The position numbers and the translations under genes were made by a program. A model generated the notes under the pieces. It ran no database searches and was not told the DNA's origin. It saw only the letters and a program-made list of their open reading frames with translations. Shown here piece by piece: positions 18,346 through 27,070 of a stretch of DNA of 33,053 nucleotides (the first letter of the stretch is position 1; every line of letters begins with the position of its first letter). The stretch is taken from positions 1 to 33,053 of the IMG/VR virus record IMGVR_UViG_3300037851_000900; one strand, written 5' to 3'. The stretch is from a virus. Its lineage: Duplodnaviria; Caudoviricetes.

Positions 18346-19247
18346 TGGCCACTATTCGTTACGTACATCCAACCAACGGCCCATATTACGATATACCGGC
18401 CGCGGTTTCGGCCGCACAGACTGGCGACACGATATTGATATGGGGTCCATATACCTATTCTATACCATCACAGATAACCGTCACTAAAGCAATTCATTTT
18501 AAAGGGGAAACGAACGATCCTATAAATAGTCAAGTCAAATTGGATTCTGGGGGGTCATATTATGACATATTGGTATTCAACCTATCGTCGACACCGTCAA
18601 TAGATTTATGGATAGAGGGCCTAACATTTACAGGGACTAAAAATTCAAGCAGTGCTGTGTATATACAGAGGACGTCGAAATGGGAAGCGGGTAGAATGTT
18701 TAGGATCAATCGCTGCCAGTTTCAGAACACCTCCTGTTCAGCGCTAACGTTGGACGTCGATAATCCGTCCGTTGTACGACATGCGAGGTTTGAAAACTGC
18801 ACATTTAAACAGAATGGAGACGAGCTAGGGTACGTTAAACCGACGCATTGCACAGTCGATATCATTCGTTGTCAATTGGCATCGCCATTATCTATCCATA
18901 ATGGCGATATGTCCGCCGTATTAACGGCGGATTATGTAACAGTGTCAACAACCGATTATGGCTGTGGGTATGGGGTATGGTATTCGGGTCAGTGGATGGG
19001 AACTGCCATATCGATATTTGGGCAGGTTATTCTGCCAGACGGGATTGACAGATCTACATGCGATATTCGGATGTATTCCGAAACGAATGGCGTGATCGAC
19101 GCTACATACTGGGTTAAAACCAAACCCCATCCAGTTACGGGCGAATGGGCCTACCCCTATCTGCCGAACAATCGAATATTTTGGGTCCAAACGGTGCCGC
19201 CGTCAGGGTATCAACCGCGCATCGATGGACCGTATGCCGCTCAGTAA
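18345..19247 (+). CDS. Putative receptor-binding/tail accessory protein, beta-helix-like N-terminus
   Basis: TGATG overlap with the upstream gene. 'IPAAVSAAQTGDTILI..Y..ITVTKAIHFKG...IEGLTFT' is a typical start for a right-handed beta-helix. Visibly AT-rich. Confidence 0.55.
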   Translation: MATIRYVHPTNGPYYDIPAAVSAAQTGDTILIWGPYTYSIPSQITVTKAIHFKGETNDPINSQVKLDSGGSYYDILVFNLSSTPSIDLWIEGLTFTGTKNSSSAVYIQRTSKWEAGRMFRINRCQFQNTSCSALTLDVDNPSVVRHARFENCTFKQNGDELGYVKPTHCTVDIIRCQLASPLSIHNGDMSAVLTADYVTVSTTDYGCGYGVWYSGQWMGTAISIFGQVILPDGIDRSTCDIRMYSETNGVIDATYWVKTKPHPVTGEWAYPYLPNNRIFWVQTVPPSGYQPRIDGPYAAQ

Positions 19248-19259
19248 TGGCGTTAGTGC

Positions 19260-21446
19260 ATGCCAACGACTCCTATCGCTGGATTCGTAGCCAGCCCGAG
19301 GTCAGGCGTTTGGCCATTGGTTTGCGAATTCACCGACACATCCACAGGCGATATCACCAGTTGGTTTTGGGAATTCGGTGACGGCAAGGTCTCGGCTGTC
19401 CCCACCCCGCAGCACACGTTCACCGCAGCAGGGTCCTACGATGTCGGTTTAACCGTAACTGGGCCTGGCGGGTCTGATCATATACTGCTAGCGGATTACA
19501 TTTCCGTTAGCACGCCAGCACCGTCGTTGCTAAACGTAGCCGTTGGGATCGGTTGGAGGCGGCGGCCGTTGCGGCACATAAGTGCGCGACAACGAATTTC
19601 AATTCGTCCATCGCTGCGCGCCGGTTTGTTGGCGCCAAATCAACAGGCAAATGCGCTATCTGAGATCGCGGCCGAGAGGATTCAGATTACTGGGGTCAGA
19701 ACAAATAAAACATTCATCCCCACAGCCGCTCCAATTCAACTGCATTCAACAACCGCGTTGGCAATTGCAACGCCTCGTGCTAGCACCGCTCAGGCAGCGA
19801 ACGTCTATCGCCAGGCATCGGCACTCGTCGATCCCGTGTCGGCGGTATATAGGGAGGCCAACCCGACGCAGGCACCGAACGGCATCGAATGGATTGGATA
19901 TATCACGCAGTTCGATGCCACTCGCCAACCGCATCCGCCATCACCATATGTACCGCCAAACCCATTGATTGTTGTGCCGCCGTGGATTGGGATGGCTGTG
20001 AGGCCATTGCCATTGATTCAGTTTTTCGGTGGGACAACGAGATTCTGTTCTGGGCGTATATTCAACACTGTGTCTAGGTTTAGATGGCGAGAGGCTCGCT
20101 CGCCGAGCGTTGAATTACGCATGCCATGGGGTGAATCGTATGGATACGCTGAATCGTTGTACGGGATCGATATCCGATGGCCAGATAGCTGGTCCAGAAC
20201 AATAATACCGCGGCGGAAATTCTATATGATTTTGCACGATTTGTGGGTTGTGCGTCTGCCAGATCGCACGCCAATTCCCTGCAGTGGCCTGACGCTGTAT
20301 CTAGATTCAACGACGTGGGCATGGTCGGCATCGCTTCAACTGATCGGGCGCGACACAATCCAACTGGTAACCCCAACCGGATCGGATCCCGTTCAACTGG
20401 AGATCGGCATTAACGGAGCCACTTGGGTCATCGTCGTGGAATCGTGGACACGAACAGGATCGTTTGGGCAGGACGATATCAAACTCGTCGGTCGCGGTCT
20501 GTCTGCGCTGTTGTCTGACCGATATGTCCGTCCGCGCGATTATGAGGAGTTATATGCGCTCACTATGGCGCAGTTGGCGAACCAGGAACTGCCATACGGA
20601 GGTGGGTGGGATTTGATTTGGACAGCGGCCGATTGGCCTGTTCCGGCCGGGGTTTGGACGTATAAAAATCTCAGTCCAATCCAGGCAATAGCCAGGTTAG
20701 CCGCCGCATCTGGCGGGATGGTGGTGCCTTCCAGGAATAGCCTGGCATTGACTGTGGCGCCCGCCTACCGCCTAGCGCCGTGGGTTTGGACGGATGGCCA
20801 GGAGGATGTGCTAATCCCACTGAGTGCGATCCGTAACCTCTCCTTTCAGTACCGCTATCCCGATCAGGCCAATGCGGTATACGTATACGGGGGCGAGGGC
20901 GGCGGTATTCAGGCTCGCGTGTATCGTAGCGGTTCGGCGGGCGATGAATATACCGACGACCGTCACGAACCGTTAATTACCCATTCCGATGGCGCTATGG
21001 CAATTGGAACGCGGATTCTGTCTGCCAATTCGTCCCCGCCGGCAGTCTCGTCGATTAGCACATGGGTCGATCCAGGAGGGGATTTCCCTGTTATCGAACT
21101 GGGGGATCTGGTTCGTATCGATACTGTCGATGGGTCAATGGGACCGGTGTCGTCGCTAGAGATTAGCGCATCGGTGAGTGCACAACGGACGTCTGTGATT
21201 CAATCGCTCAGAATTGGCGAGACTCGCAACGATTACCAACGTCTGCTGGCGCTCATACCGCGTGAAACGCGATTTCTGGGGCGGGTAACCGGTACCTATA
21301 CAGATGGCACAGTGTCTGTAGCGACACTATCTGGAGGGTTGCTGCGTATACGCGGCAGCGCTGCGATCGATAGTTGGGTGTGGGTGCTGAACGATAGAAT
21401 AGATTCAATTGCACCGTCCATGCAGGCCTATAATATTGACGTATAA
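19260..21446 (+). CDS. PKD-domain tail protein fused to baseplate-hub-like C-terminal region
   Basis: N-terminal PKD signature FTDTSTGDITSWFWEFGDG...HTFTAAGSYDVGLTVTGPGGSD. The C-terminal half (WAWSASL...GRGLSALL...NAVYVYG) is hub-like. Last gene of the + strand operon. Confidence 0.75.
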   Translation: MPTTPIAGFVASPRSGVWPLVCEFTDTSTGDITSWFWEFGDGKVSAVPTPQHTFTAAGSYDVGLTVTGPGGSDHILLADYISVSTPAPSLLNVAVGIGWRRRPLRHISARQRISIRPSLRAGLLAPNQQANALSEIAAERIQITGVRTNKTFIPTAAPIQLHSTTALAIATPRASTAQAANVYRQASALVDPVSAVYREANPTQAPNGIEWIGYITQFDATRQPHPPSPYVPPNPLIVVPPWIGMAVRPLPLIQFFGGTTRFCSGRIFNTVSRFRWREARSPSVELRMPWGESYGYAESLYGIDIRWPDSWSRTIIPRRKFYMILHDLWVVRLPDRTPIPCSGLTLYLDSTTWAWSASLQLIGRDTIQLVTPTGSDPVQLEIGINGATWVIVVESWTRTGSFGQDDIKLVGRGLSALLSDRYVRPRDYEELYALTMAQLANQELPYGGGWDLIWTAADWPVPAGVWTYKNLSPIQAIARLAAASGGMVVPSRNSLALTVAPAYRLAPWVWTDGQEDVLIPLSAIRNLSFQYRYPDQANAVYVYGGEGGGIQARVYRSGSAGDEYTDDRHEPLITHSDGAMAIGTRILSANSSPPAVSSISTWVDPGGDFPVIELGDLVRIDTVDGSMGPVSSLEISASVSAQRTSVIQSLRIGETRNDYQRLLALIPRETRFLGRVTGTYTDGTVSVATLSGGLLRIRGSAAIDSWVWVLNDRIDSIAPSMQAYNIDV

Positions 21447-21497
21447 CGCCGATTTATTGGGACAAGGAGACCACACAAGAGGAGACCTTGAAGGTGA

Positions 21498-21905
21498 CTA
21501 CGGGGCTCGGGTTGAGTTAATTGTATGCTTATCGAATGCGGCATCCAGGGACAATGTAACGTCTTCTACCGATCTAGCGACGATCCCAATCCCGTGGAAT
21601 CGGTTGACCCTATCTATAAATGCTATTTGGTTCGTCCTGAGCTTGCCGGACTGTTTTTTAACCTCTATCGCTAGAAATCGGCCGTCAACCGTCTGTCCCA
21701 GAATATCTGAGCATCCGGGAAATGCATATCTAATGAACCGCCTGCTAATGCTGCCATTGGCGTTCTGCGTTTTAACGACGTGGGCACCGGTGTTGAATCT
21801 CGATGCCCATGCAATACGGGGATCCCTCCTCAGAAAATTCAGAATGGCAGGAGTAATTGCACTCTCTGGAATTTCAGGCCTACGCAATCGGAATTTACTA
21901 CTCAT
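21498..21905 (-). CDS. VRR-NUC domain (PD-(D/E)XK) nuclease
   Basis: ESAITPAILNFL...GCSDILG...GRFLAIEVKK..GKL..NQ..F. The likely start is MSSKFRL at 21905 (ORF open to 22082). Confidence 0.88.
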   Translation of the reverse strand: MSSKFRLRRPEIPESAITPAILNFLRRDPRIAWASRFNTGAHVVKTQNANGSISRRFIRYAFPGCSDILGQTVDGRFLAIEVKKQSGKLRTNQIAFIDRVNRFHGIGIVARSVEDVTLSLDAAFDKHTINSTRAP

Positions 21906-22002
21906 AGCATATAATCCAGCACGATAATTAGTGCACGTAAATTCCGACGATGCACGTAATGATTCGCCGCAACCTGTATTCATAGATGAACTATACCGCC
22001 CA

Positions 22003-22353
22003 TTAAATATTGGATGTATCGCGGTCAATTGCTTTCTCCAACCAACCGCGGCCAAGACGTCTGTATTTTTCCCAATATTCATCGTTCAGGCGAATGCTAT
22101 GCAGTTTTTTCCTTTTCTCGTCCGGTAATTTGGGCCTCCCGATTTTTGGTTTTGGCGGATTCCCGTCAAAACCATCGCGGTATCCGCGGCCATATTCGTT
22201 GCGCGTGAGCAACCAGAGTTCATATTCAGACGCGCTCGCCGATGTCTCGTTGTTTTTGTAGTGGCGATGCAACCCGCATCGGTACCCGTCAGCATAGTCG
22301 CCATTCAGCGAACTAGCGCGTCTCAATAGATTTTTGTATTCGAATTCATTCAT
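22003..22353 (-). CDS. Hypothetical protein with C-terminal ribbon-helix-helix (BrnA-antitoxin-like) DNA-binding motif
   Basis: C-terminal GRPKL...KKLHSIRLNDEYWEKYRRLGRGWLEKAID. The N-terminal part has two Y.(D/R)GY..G motifs. Confidence 0.6.
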   Translation of the reverse strand: MNEFEYKNLLRRASSLNGDYADGYRCGLHRHYKNNETSASASEYELWLLTRNEYGRGYRDGFDGNPPKPKIGRPKLPDEKRKKLHSIRLNDEYWEKYRRLGRGWLEKAIDRDTSNI

Positions 22354-22361
22354 TGTGCGGT

Positions 22362-22395
22362 CGCGTGTTTATTATCCATTTTTAATAACCTCATT
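22362..22395. repeat. 34-bp exact direct repeat, copy A
   Basis: CGCGTGTTTATTATCCATTTTTAATAACCTCATT, identical to 23706..23739. Confidence 0.95.
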
Positions 22396-22768
22396 ATGCC
22401 AATGTTTCTAGAACGAATGACATTCGTCTATTTGCCTTTTCTATCGCAGCGGCTCTGTGTTTGATCACGGCAATGATTACTCCCGCCATTAGATGGCCAG
22501 TATAGGTTCGGCATGAGCACATTTTATAGTGAAATCTACCATCCGCGACGTCGAACCAAATTTTGCTTGCATCCAGCGCCGCCTCGATTTCCCATGCCAG
22601 GCTATTGCTGATTTCCTCGCCGCATAGCGTCGCACTGCTGATATTGCCTGTACCGTAGCGGCTGCACTCTAGACCAAATAGGTCAGCGAGGTCGTTGAAA
22701 TACACCCGGTGTATGTCGCCTTTTTTCCACTCGCTGCCGCCGATTTTCTGTAGGGTTTCGATGTTCAT
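22394..22768 (-). CDS. Hypothetical phage protein with its own promoter
   Basis: GGAG RBS. 124 aa containing WKKGDIHRVYFN...GNISSATLCGEEISNS. Function unknown. Confidence 0.75.
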   Translation of the reverse strand: MNIETLQKIGGSEWKKGDIHRVYFNDLADLFGLECSRYGTGNISSATLCGEEISNSLAWEIEAALDASKIWFDVADGRFHYKMCSCRTYTGHLMAGVIIAVIKHRAAAIEKANRRMSFVLETLA

Positions 22769-22812
22769 GTTTATCTCCGGTTAGTGGCCAGCACCCCACT
22801 GACCATGGAGAT

Positions 22813-22841
22813 AATGTACTACACCAACACAGAATATGCAA
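22813..22841 (-). promoter_or_regulatory. Sigma70-like promoter TTGCAT-N17-TACATT
   Basis: Minus-strand -35 at 22841-22836 and -10 at 22818-22813 with a 17-bp spacer, 45 bp upstream of ATG 22768. Confidence 0.65.
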
Positions 22842-22898
22842 ATAGTTTTTGCGGTACAAATATGACGTAGATCACATTTCCTCACGGAGGATTGGTGG

Positions 22899-23723
22899 TC
22901 AGCTAACGTCCTGTTCAGTAACGTCTTGATTACTCATACATTTGCTGGTCTCTAGATTTTCCAATGCCGCGAGGGCGGCCGCTCTGCGCTCCTCAAAAAA
23001 CGCGCGCTCGCGCTCTCGCCTCTGAGTTCTAGCGTCTCGTTCCGCTGCCTCCCGCCGTTCCGATTCGATCAAAACCTCTCTGATCGTAGCCAGAAAACGG
23101 CGCGCCTCGCGGGTCTGCAGGTCCGGCAGGACGGACACGTTGCCAGTGAGCAACCCAGCTACAGCCGTCATTTCGGTGCGCTCCTGGGAGGGGAGCAAGG
23201 GGCGGATCTGGTCTACCGAAAGGCGACCTTGCTCGACGGCACGGGTCAGAACGTCTGCGCGGGCTGTTTTGTCGGTTCCAATACTGATTACCCATTTGGC
23301 GCGTGTGAGCTTTCGGCGCGCCTCAGCGCACAGGCGCTCGTAGGCGGACACGAAGGCGTGACGAGCACCAACCTCGTCTCCTATATCGAGAATTGGCCTG
23401 GCAATGCCCCAGGACTGGGCAATCTCGTCGGACCACACGAGGGTCGCCGCTTCGTCCTGAGCCTGCAAAGCCAGCGACCAGGCTTCATCTGCAGACGGGC
23501 GACCGTCGCAGGACTCCAGTCGCTCGATAATATCTGCAGGGCGCGGACAGAATTTGTTATAGCGGCAGTGATCTGAAAGGGCAGCTGAAACCAATTCGAT
23601 TGGATACGGCCTCAGAATAGCCCACCACATGCGCAGCGTTGCTTCCGATGGCGCTGCGGCGCCATATATTTCCATGGCCGCCGTTAGTTCCAATTCAAAT
23701 TCTGCCGCGTGTTTATTATCCAT
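22899..23723 (-). CDS. Replication protein downstream of O (P-like, helicase loader/inhibitor-like)
   Basis: GAGG RBS before MDNKHA (23723), overlapping the O stop. Motif WWAILRPYPIELVSAALSDH...KFCPRPADII...RPSADEAW is typical of genes that follow lambdoid initiators. Confidence 0.65.
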   Translation of the reverse strand: MDNKHAAEFELELTAAMEIYGAAAPSEATLRMWWAILRPYPIELVSAALSDHCRYNKFCPRPADIIERLESCDGRPSADEAWSLALQAQDEAATLVWSDEIAQSWGIARPILDIGDEVGARHAFVSAYERLCAEARRKLTRAKWVISIGTDKTARADVLTRAVEQGRLSVDQIRPLLPSQERTEMTAVAGLLTGNVSVLPDLQTREARRFLATIREVLIESERREAAERDARTQRRERERAFFEERRAAALAALENLETSKCMSNQDVTEQDVS

Positions 23724-23739
23724 TTTTAATAACCTCATT
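23706..23739. repeat. 34-bp exact direct repeat, copy B
   Basis: Identical to 22362..22395. On the minus strand it is RBS + ATG GAT AAT AAA CAC GCG. Confidence 0.95.
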
Positions 23740-24375
23740 TCTGTCCATTATTCCAGACATAGAGGAGTTAGTTAAAAATCCTCCTAATATTTTATTGGTG
23801 TTCTTAATAGATCTGACCTCGCGTTCGCGCAATAACCAAATGCGCCATTTAGATTCCCATTCCTGCTGCAGATATTTGCAACCATGATTATGTGCCTCGA
23901 ATTTATCGAAAACTATTTTAGGATCTAATAGATCTGGGCGGATTGTATTGGCTATCGCCATTAAATCGTCTTTAGGAATTAGATGGAGTTCAATCGGTTG
24001 TTGTATACGAGATGGAAATGGATTCTCTCTATTCGTATCTATATTGCATTGAATGTCATGTTTTACCCCTACATTCCAGAGTTTATAGTTAGACACTATA
24101 GAGATAGTCTGTCCGTATTTACCCGGTTGAACGCGGAGGACATTCATGTCAACCAATTCGCGGATTGCGGATCGACAATGACTGTCGGCCAATCCAGTAA
24201 GCATGGACATTTGGATCGATGTTATATCGTCTGATATTTTCCTCCATCCATATGTTTTTCTAATCGCAACCAATACAATTTTATATTGTCGTTTAGTAAA
24301 ATCGCTTCTTACTATTGCATCAAATAGCGCATTGTCAATTGCGGTATATCCGTTATCGCCATGAGATGTATTCAT
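23716..24375 (-). CDS. Lambda O-like replication initiator
   Basis: N-terminal DNGYTAIDNALFDAI...FTKRQYKIVLVAIRKTYGWRK..D.IT..Q is the Phage_rep_O signature. C-terminal FDKF...WESKWRIWL. Confidence 0.85.
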   Translation of the reverse strand: MNTSHGDNGYTAIDNALFDAIVRSDFTKRQYKIVLVAIRKTYGWRKISDDITSIQMSMLTGLADSHCRSAIRELVDMNVLRVQPGKYGQTISIVSNYKLWNVGVKHDIQCNIDTNRENPFPSRIQQPIELHLIPKDDLMAIANTIRPDLLDPKIVFDKFEAHNHGCKYLQQEWESKWRIWLLREREVRSIKNTNKILGGFLTNSSMSGIMDRNEVIKNG

Positions 24376-24384
24376 TGGATATCG

Positions 24385-24699
24385 CTATTCGATAGGGTTA
24401 TCCATTGGACCGCATTTATTCAGCGGTTTCGAACCGATTACATCGCGTTTAGCGCACAGAATATATTCTGTGATGAGGTCCTGAGCCTCAACATTGAGTG
24501 CGTTGGCTAATTTATCGAGTACGGATGTGGTTATGTTGCTATTACCACTCTCGATTTTATTAATATACTGCGGGCATAAATTAGCCAACGATGCCAACTG
24601 AACTTGTGTCAGCCGCCGCGCTTTTCTGGTTGAACGGACGTTCATCGCTAGTATTTTAGCGGTACGCGAATGATTCTCACACATAAATATTTTATTCAA
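24385..24699 (-). CDS. XRE-family helix-turn-helix regulator (no peptidase domain)
   Basis: RKARRLTQVQLASLANLCPQYINKIESGNSNITTSVLDKLANALNV. Confidence 0.85.
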   Translation of the reverse strand: MNKIFMCENHSRTAKILAMNVRSTRKARRLTQVQLASLANLCPQYINKIESGNSNITTSVLDKLANALNVEAQDLITEYILCAKRDVIGSKPLNKCGPMDNPIE

Positions 24700-24817
24700 T
24701 ACGAATTTGCACTTTATGACGCGGTTGACTCATGCGGAACCCCTTGCACGAGCAAGGTCCGATCAGCGATTGCGCGCACCAGATTTTCGAAATCGTCATG
24801 GCACTGTTGCACATTAA

Positions 24818-25264
24818 TTAAAATGGAAGATCGTCGTTATTGTCGACGTGAGCAGTTTTTCGCTTTGAGGAACGGCCATTAGGTTCATTCATTCCGGCCG
24901 CATTCATTTGCGCATCGTCAGCCATCCGTCTGTCGAGCATTATCATTTCATTGACGTGTATTTCTGTCGTGTACCTGGTCTGATTATGTTCGTCCTGCCA
25001 TTTGCGGGTTATTAGGCGCCCCTCGACATATATGCGCGATCCAGTACGTAGGTACTCAGACGCTATTTCCGCTAGCCGGCGCCACAGCACGCACCGATGC
25101 CAATCGGTGCGCTCCTGGGTTTCTCCGCTCTGTTTGTCGGTAAATTTATACGAAGTGGCGACGCTAATAGTCGCCACTGAATCACCGGCATTGGATATAC
25201 GGAGATCCGGATCGGCACCCAAATTACCAATCAACTGAACCCGATTAAGCGATCGCACGATCAT
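24818..25264 (-). CDS. ssb: Single-stranded DNA-binding protein
   Basis: LNRVQLIGNLGADP...TDWHRCVLW...IYVEGRL.TRKWQD...YTTEI, with the acidic tail DDLPF. Confidence 0.97.
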   Translation of the reverse strand: MIVRSLNRVQLIGNLGADPDLRISNAGDSVATISVATSYKFTDKQSGETQERTDWHRCVLWRRLAEIASEYLRTGSRIYVEGRLITRKWQDEHNQTRYTTEIHVNEMIMLDRRMADDAQMNAAGMNEPNGRSSKRKTAHVDNNDDLPF

Positions 25265-26591
25265 TCACCCTATTGTTTCGGATGCATTCCCGTAGCAATT
25301 TCGCGCGTCGCGCCAATGTCTCTGCCCGAAGCACTTCGGCCTGGTCAATATTCCCATCGCGCGCCATTGCGCGCATGTTGGCCGTTTTAGCGCGTTTGCT
25401 AACGTCCGCCGATATATCGGCCAATTGTTCGGCAGAACCGTTCCAATCGTATTCGGATTTTATCCAATCCAATGTCTCTGATATTGCATTGTCGTTAGGC
25501 GACATCGATTTAGCGGATTTCTCCTCAGCCGCCATTTTCGCAACAAACTCCGGTAATTTTCGTTCGATTTCATTGGCATGTGCCTCCCATAGCCGATCGA
25601 AATGTATCCCATCTGGATACGCATCCGGGTGCCGCCCCGCTAGCCATTTGCGTACGCGCTCGCGAGGCACTCCCGCACCATGCATCAACGACTCCAATCG
25701 ACGGTGCTGAGCATCGGTTACCAATCGTGGAGTTTCGCCAATCACATTGGGATTGGTAGGCGTAGTTTGTGCTCCCCTTTCACTGCGTGGGCGGCAGCCG
25801 CCAAACTGACCGTGGGGAGCATTCCCACATGAGACAGACTGCGGGGGAACAGTCTGTGCAGATTGTTGGCCAATAGCGTCGATCCGATTAGCCGCGATCT
25901 GCGGTTCGAGTAACCATTGCGCTAATTCATGGCCAAAATCCTCGCCAGGTTTATCAATAGTTAAGTCCTGGAATTGTCCTGATCTATCTTTAATTACCTG
26001 TGCAATATGATTCGAATTGATTTCGAGTAAGATATCGAATTCGTATTCAATCCCTTTCCCCTGTTCTGGGGATAGGCCTACACGTACCGGCCGTTGCCTA
26101 CCGTTGCTATCAGATTCAACAGTCCATTCGGTCCTGCTTCGCATTGTGGCGATCACGTGTCCAGGGAATGACAGAATAGAATCTATTAGGGAGCGCTGAC
26201 GCGGAGTTCCCTCGCTCCATGCTCCCCATGAATTCCCGCGATATTTCGTACTAGCCAATCTATCAATCTCGGCCAATAACTCATGCCATCCATGGGAAAG
26301 AGAATCAATAATAAGAACGTCATAGCCAGCGGCAGCGGCTGCATTTATAGCCGATTGATACGCCTGGATTTTTTTATCAGACAACGATAGAACGTCGAAA
26401 CTGAACCGGTCTGCGTATTTGCATGAGCTACCGCGTTCAGTGTCTATTACCGCAATACGTCCTCCTAAACCGCGTGCAATTCGTAACGCTGAGAACGTTT
26501 TTCCAGATCCGGCCGGGCCGAACAATCCGGCCCTTAATTTGGACTGGGATTTAATAGCTGGCGTGAATTGAAATACGGCATTGGCGTTCAT
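25245..26591 (-). CDS. AAA P-loop ATPase, Sak4-like phage recombination protein, with long C-terminal extension
   Basis: Walker A GPAGSGKT, IAVIDTERGS, Walker B LIIDSLSH and EYEFD. Adjacent to ssb. Start is 26591 or 26615. Confidence 0.85.
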   Translation of the reverse strand: MNANAVFQFTPAIKSQSKLRAGLFGPAGSGKTFSALRIARGLGGRIAVIDTERGSSCKYADRFSFDVLSLSDKKIQAYQSAINAAAAAGYDVLIIDSLSHGWHELLAEIDRLASTKYRGNSWGAWSEGTPRQRSLIDSILSFPGHVIATMRSRTEWTVESDSNGRQRPVRVGLSPEQGKGIEYEFDILLEINSNHIAQVIKDRSGQFQDLTIDKPGEDFGHELAQWLLEPQIAANRIDAIGQQSAQTVPPQSVSCGNAPHGQFGGCRPRSERGAQTTPTNPNVIGETPRLVTDAQHRRLESLMHGAGVPRERVRKWLAGRHPDAYPDGIHFDRLWEAHANEIERKLPEFVAKMAAEEKSAKSMSPNDNAISETLDWIKSEYDWNGSAEQLADISADVSKRAKTANMRAMARDGNIDQAEVLRAETLARRAKLLRECIRNNRVNDRAIA

Positions 26592-26683
26592 GTTGCCCCC
26601 ATCAATCATGTTCACGATTCATTCAATTATCGCTGTCCCCATGTAGGCGAATATGGGGAATAGATACGCTCCAACAACCGATC

Positions 26684-26902
26684 CTAAAATCCATCGACAT
26701 TGTTGATTCGAGCGCCATCGAGCCAACTCAGCAGGACTCGCAGATGTTCAATCTGAGGCGGCCCTGCGTGACCTCCATCGACGATTGCCCTAGCCTCGTC
26801 GACGATGTTCGCCTCGTACTGGAATTGGGCGGATCCACTCCAGTAATCGCCATCGTAATCGATGGTTTCGACTGGCCAGGTTGGGTACATACTATCGGCC
26901 AT
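26684..26902 (-). CDS. Small acidic hypothetical protein, first gene of the leftward operon
   Basis: Strong GGAGG RBS before ATG 26902 (MADSMYPTW..., 72 aa), just downstream of the leftward promoter. Confidence 0.7.
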   Translation of the reverse strand: MADSMYPTWPVETIDYDGDYWSGSAQFQYEANIVDEARAIVDGGHAGPPQIEHLRVLLSWLDGARINNVDGF

Positions 26903-26949
26903 AGTAGATTCCTCCTGTCTCAACATCAGCATTTACTACTGTCGGGGAC

Positions 26950-26978
26950 AGTATAGCAACCGCAGTACTGAAATGCAA
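26950..26978 (-). promoter_or_regulatory. Leftward sigma70 promoter TTGCAT-N17-TATACT with extended -10 (TGn)
   Basis: The minus strand reads TTGCAT ttcagtactgcggttgc TATACT. It precedes the replication/recombination operon. Confidence 0.75.
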
Positions 26979-27070
26979 GCCCCCCTGGGGCAGAGAGAGA
27001 GAAAATGTGGCCTGCCCCTCGCGCGCGCGCGCGCGGAATATATATATCTCTCTCTATACCCCAGGGGGCT
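26978..27070. repeat. Imperfect inverted repeat enclosing (CG)8 and AT dinucleotide runs
   Basis: AGCCCCCCTGGGGCAGAGAGAGA ... TCTCTCTCTATACCCCAGGGGGCT. (CG)8 at 27020-27035. Confidence 0.8.

Noticed and set aside
21447-21497. Convergent intergenic gap with GGAGACC twice, as an att site or terminator
   Set aside because: The repeat is too short to be significant, there is no strong hairpin, and no integrase is present.
24385-24699. XRE protein as the CI-like master repressor
   Set aside because: It is embedded mid-operon between ssb and O, is co-directional with them, lacks an S24 peptidase domain and is 2.2 kb from the divergent promoters. A repressor role cannot be supported from position, though it is not excluded.
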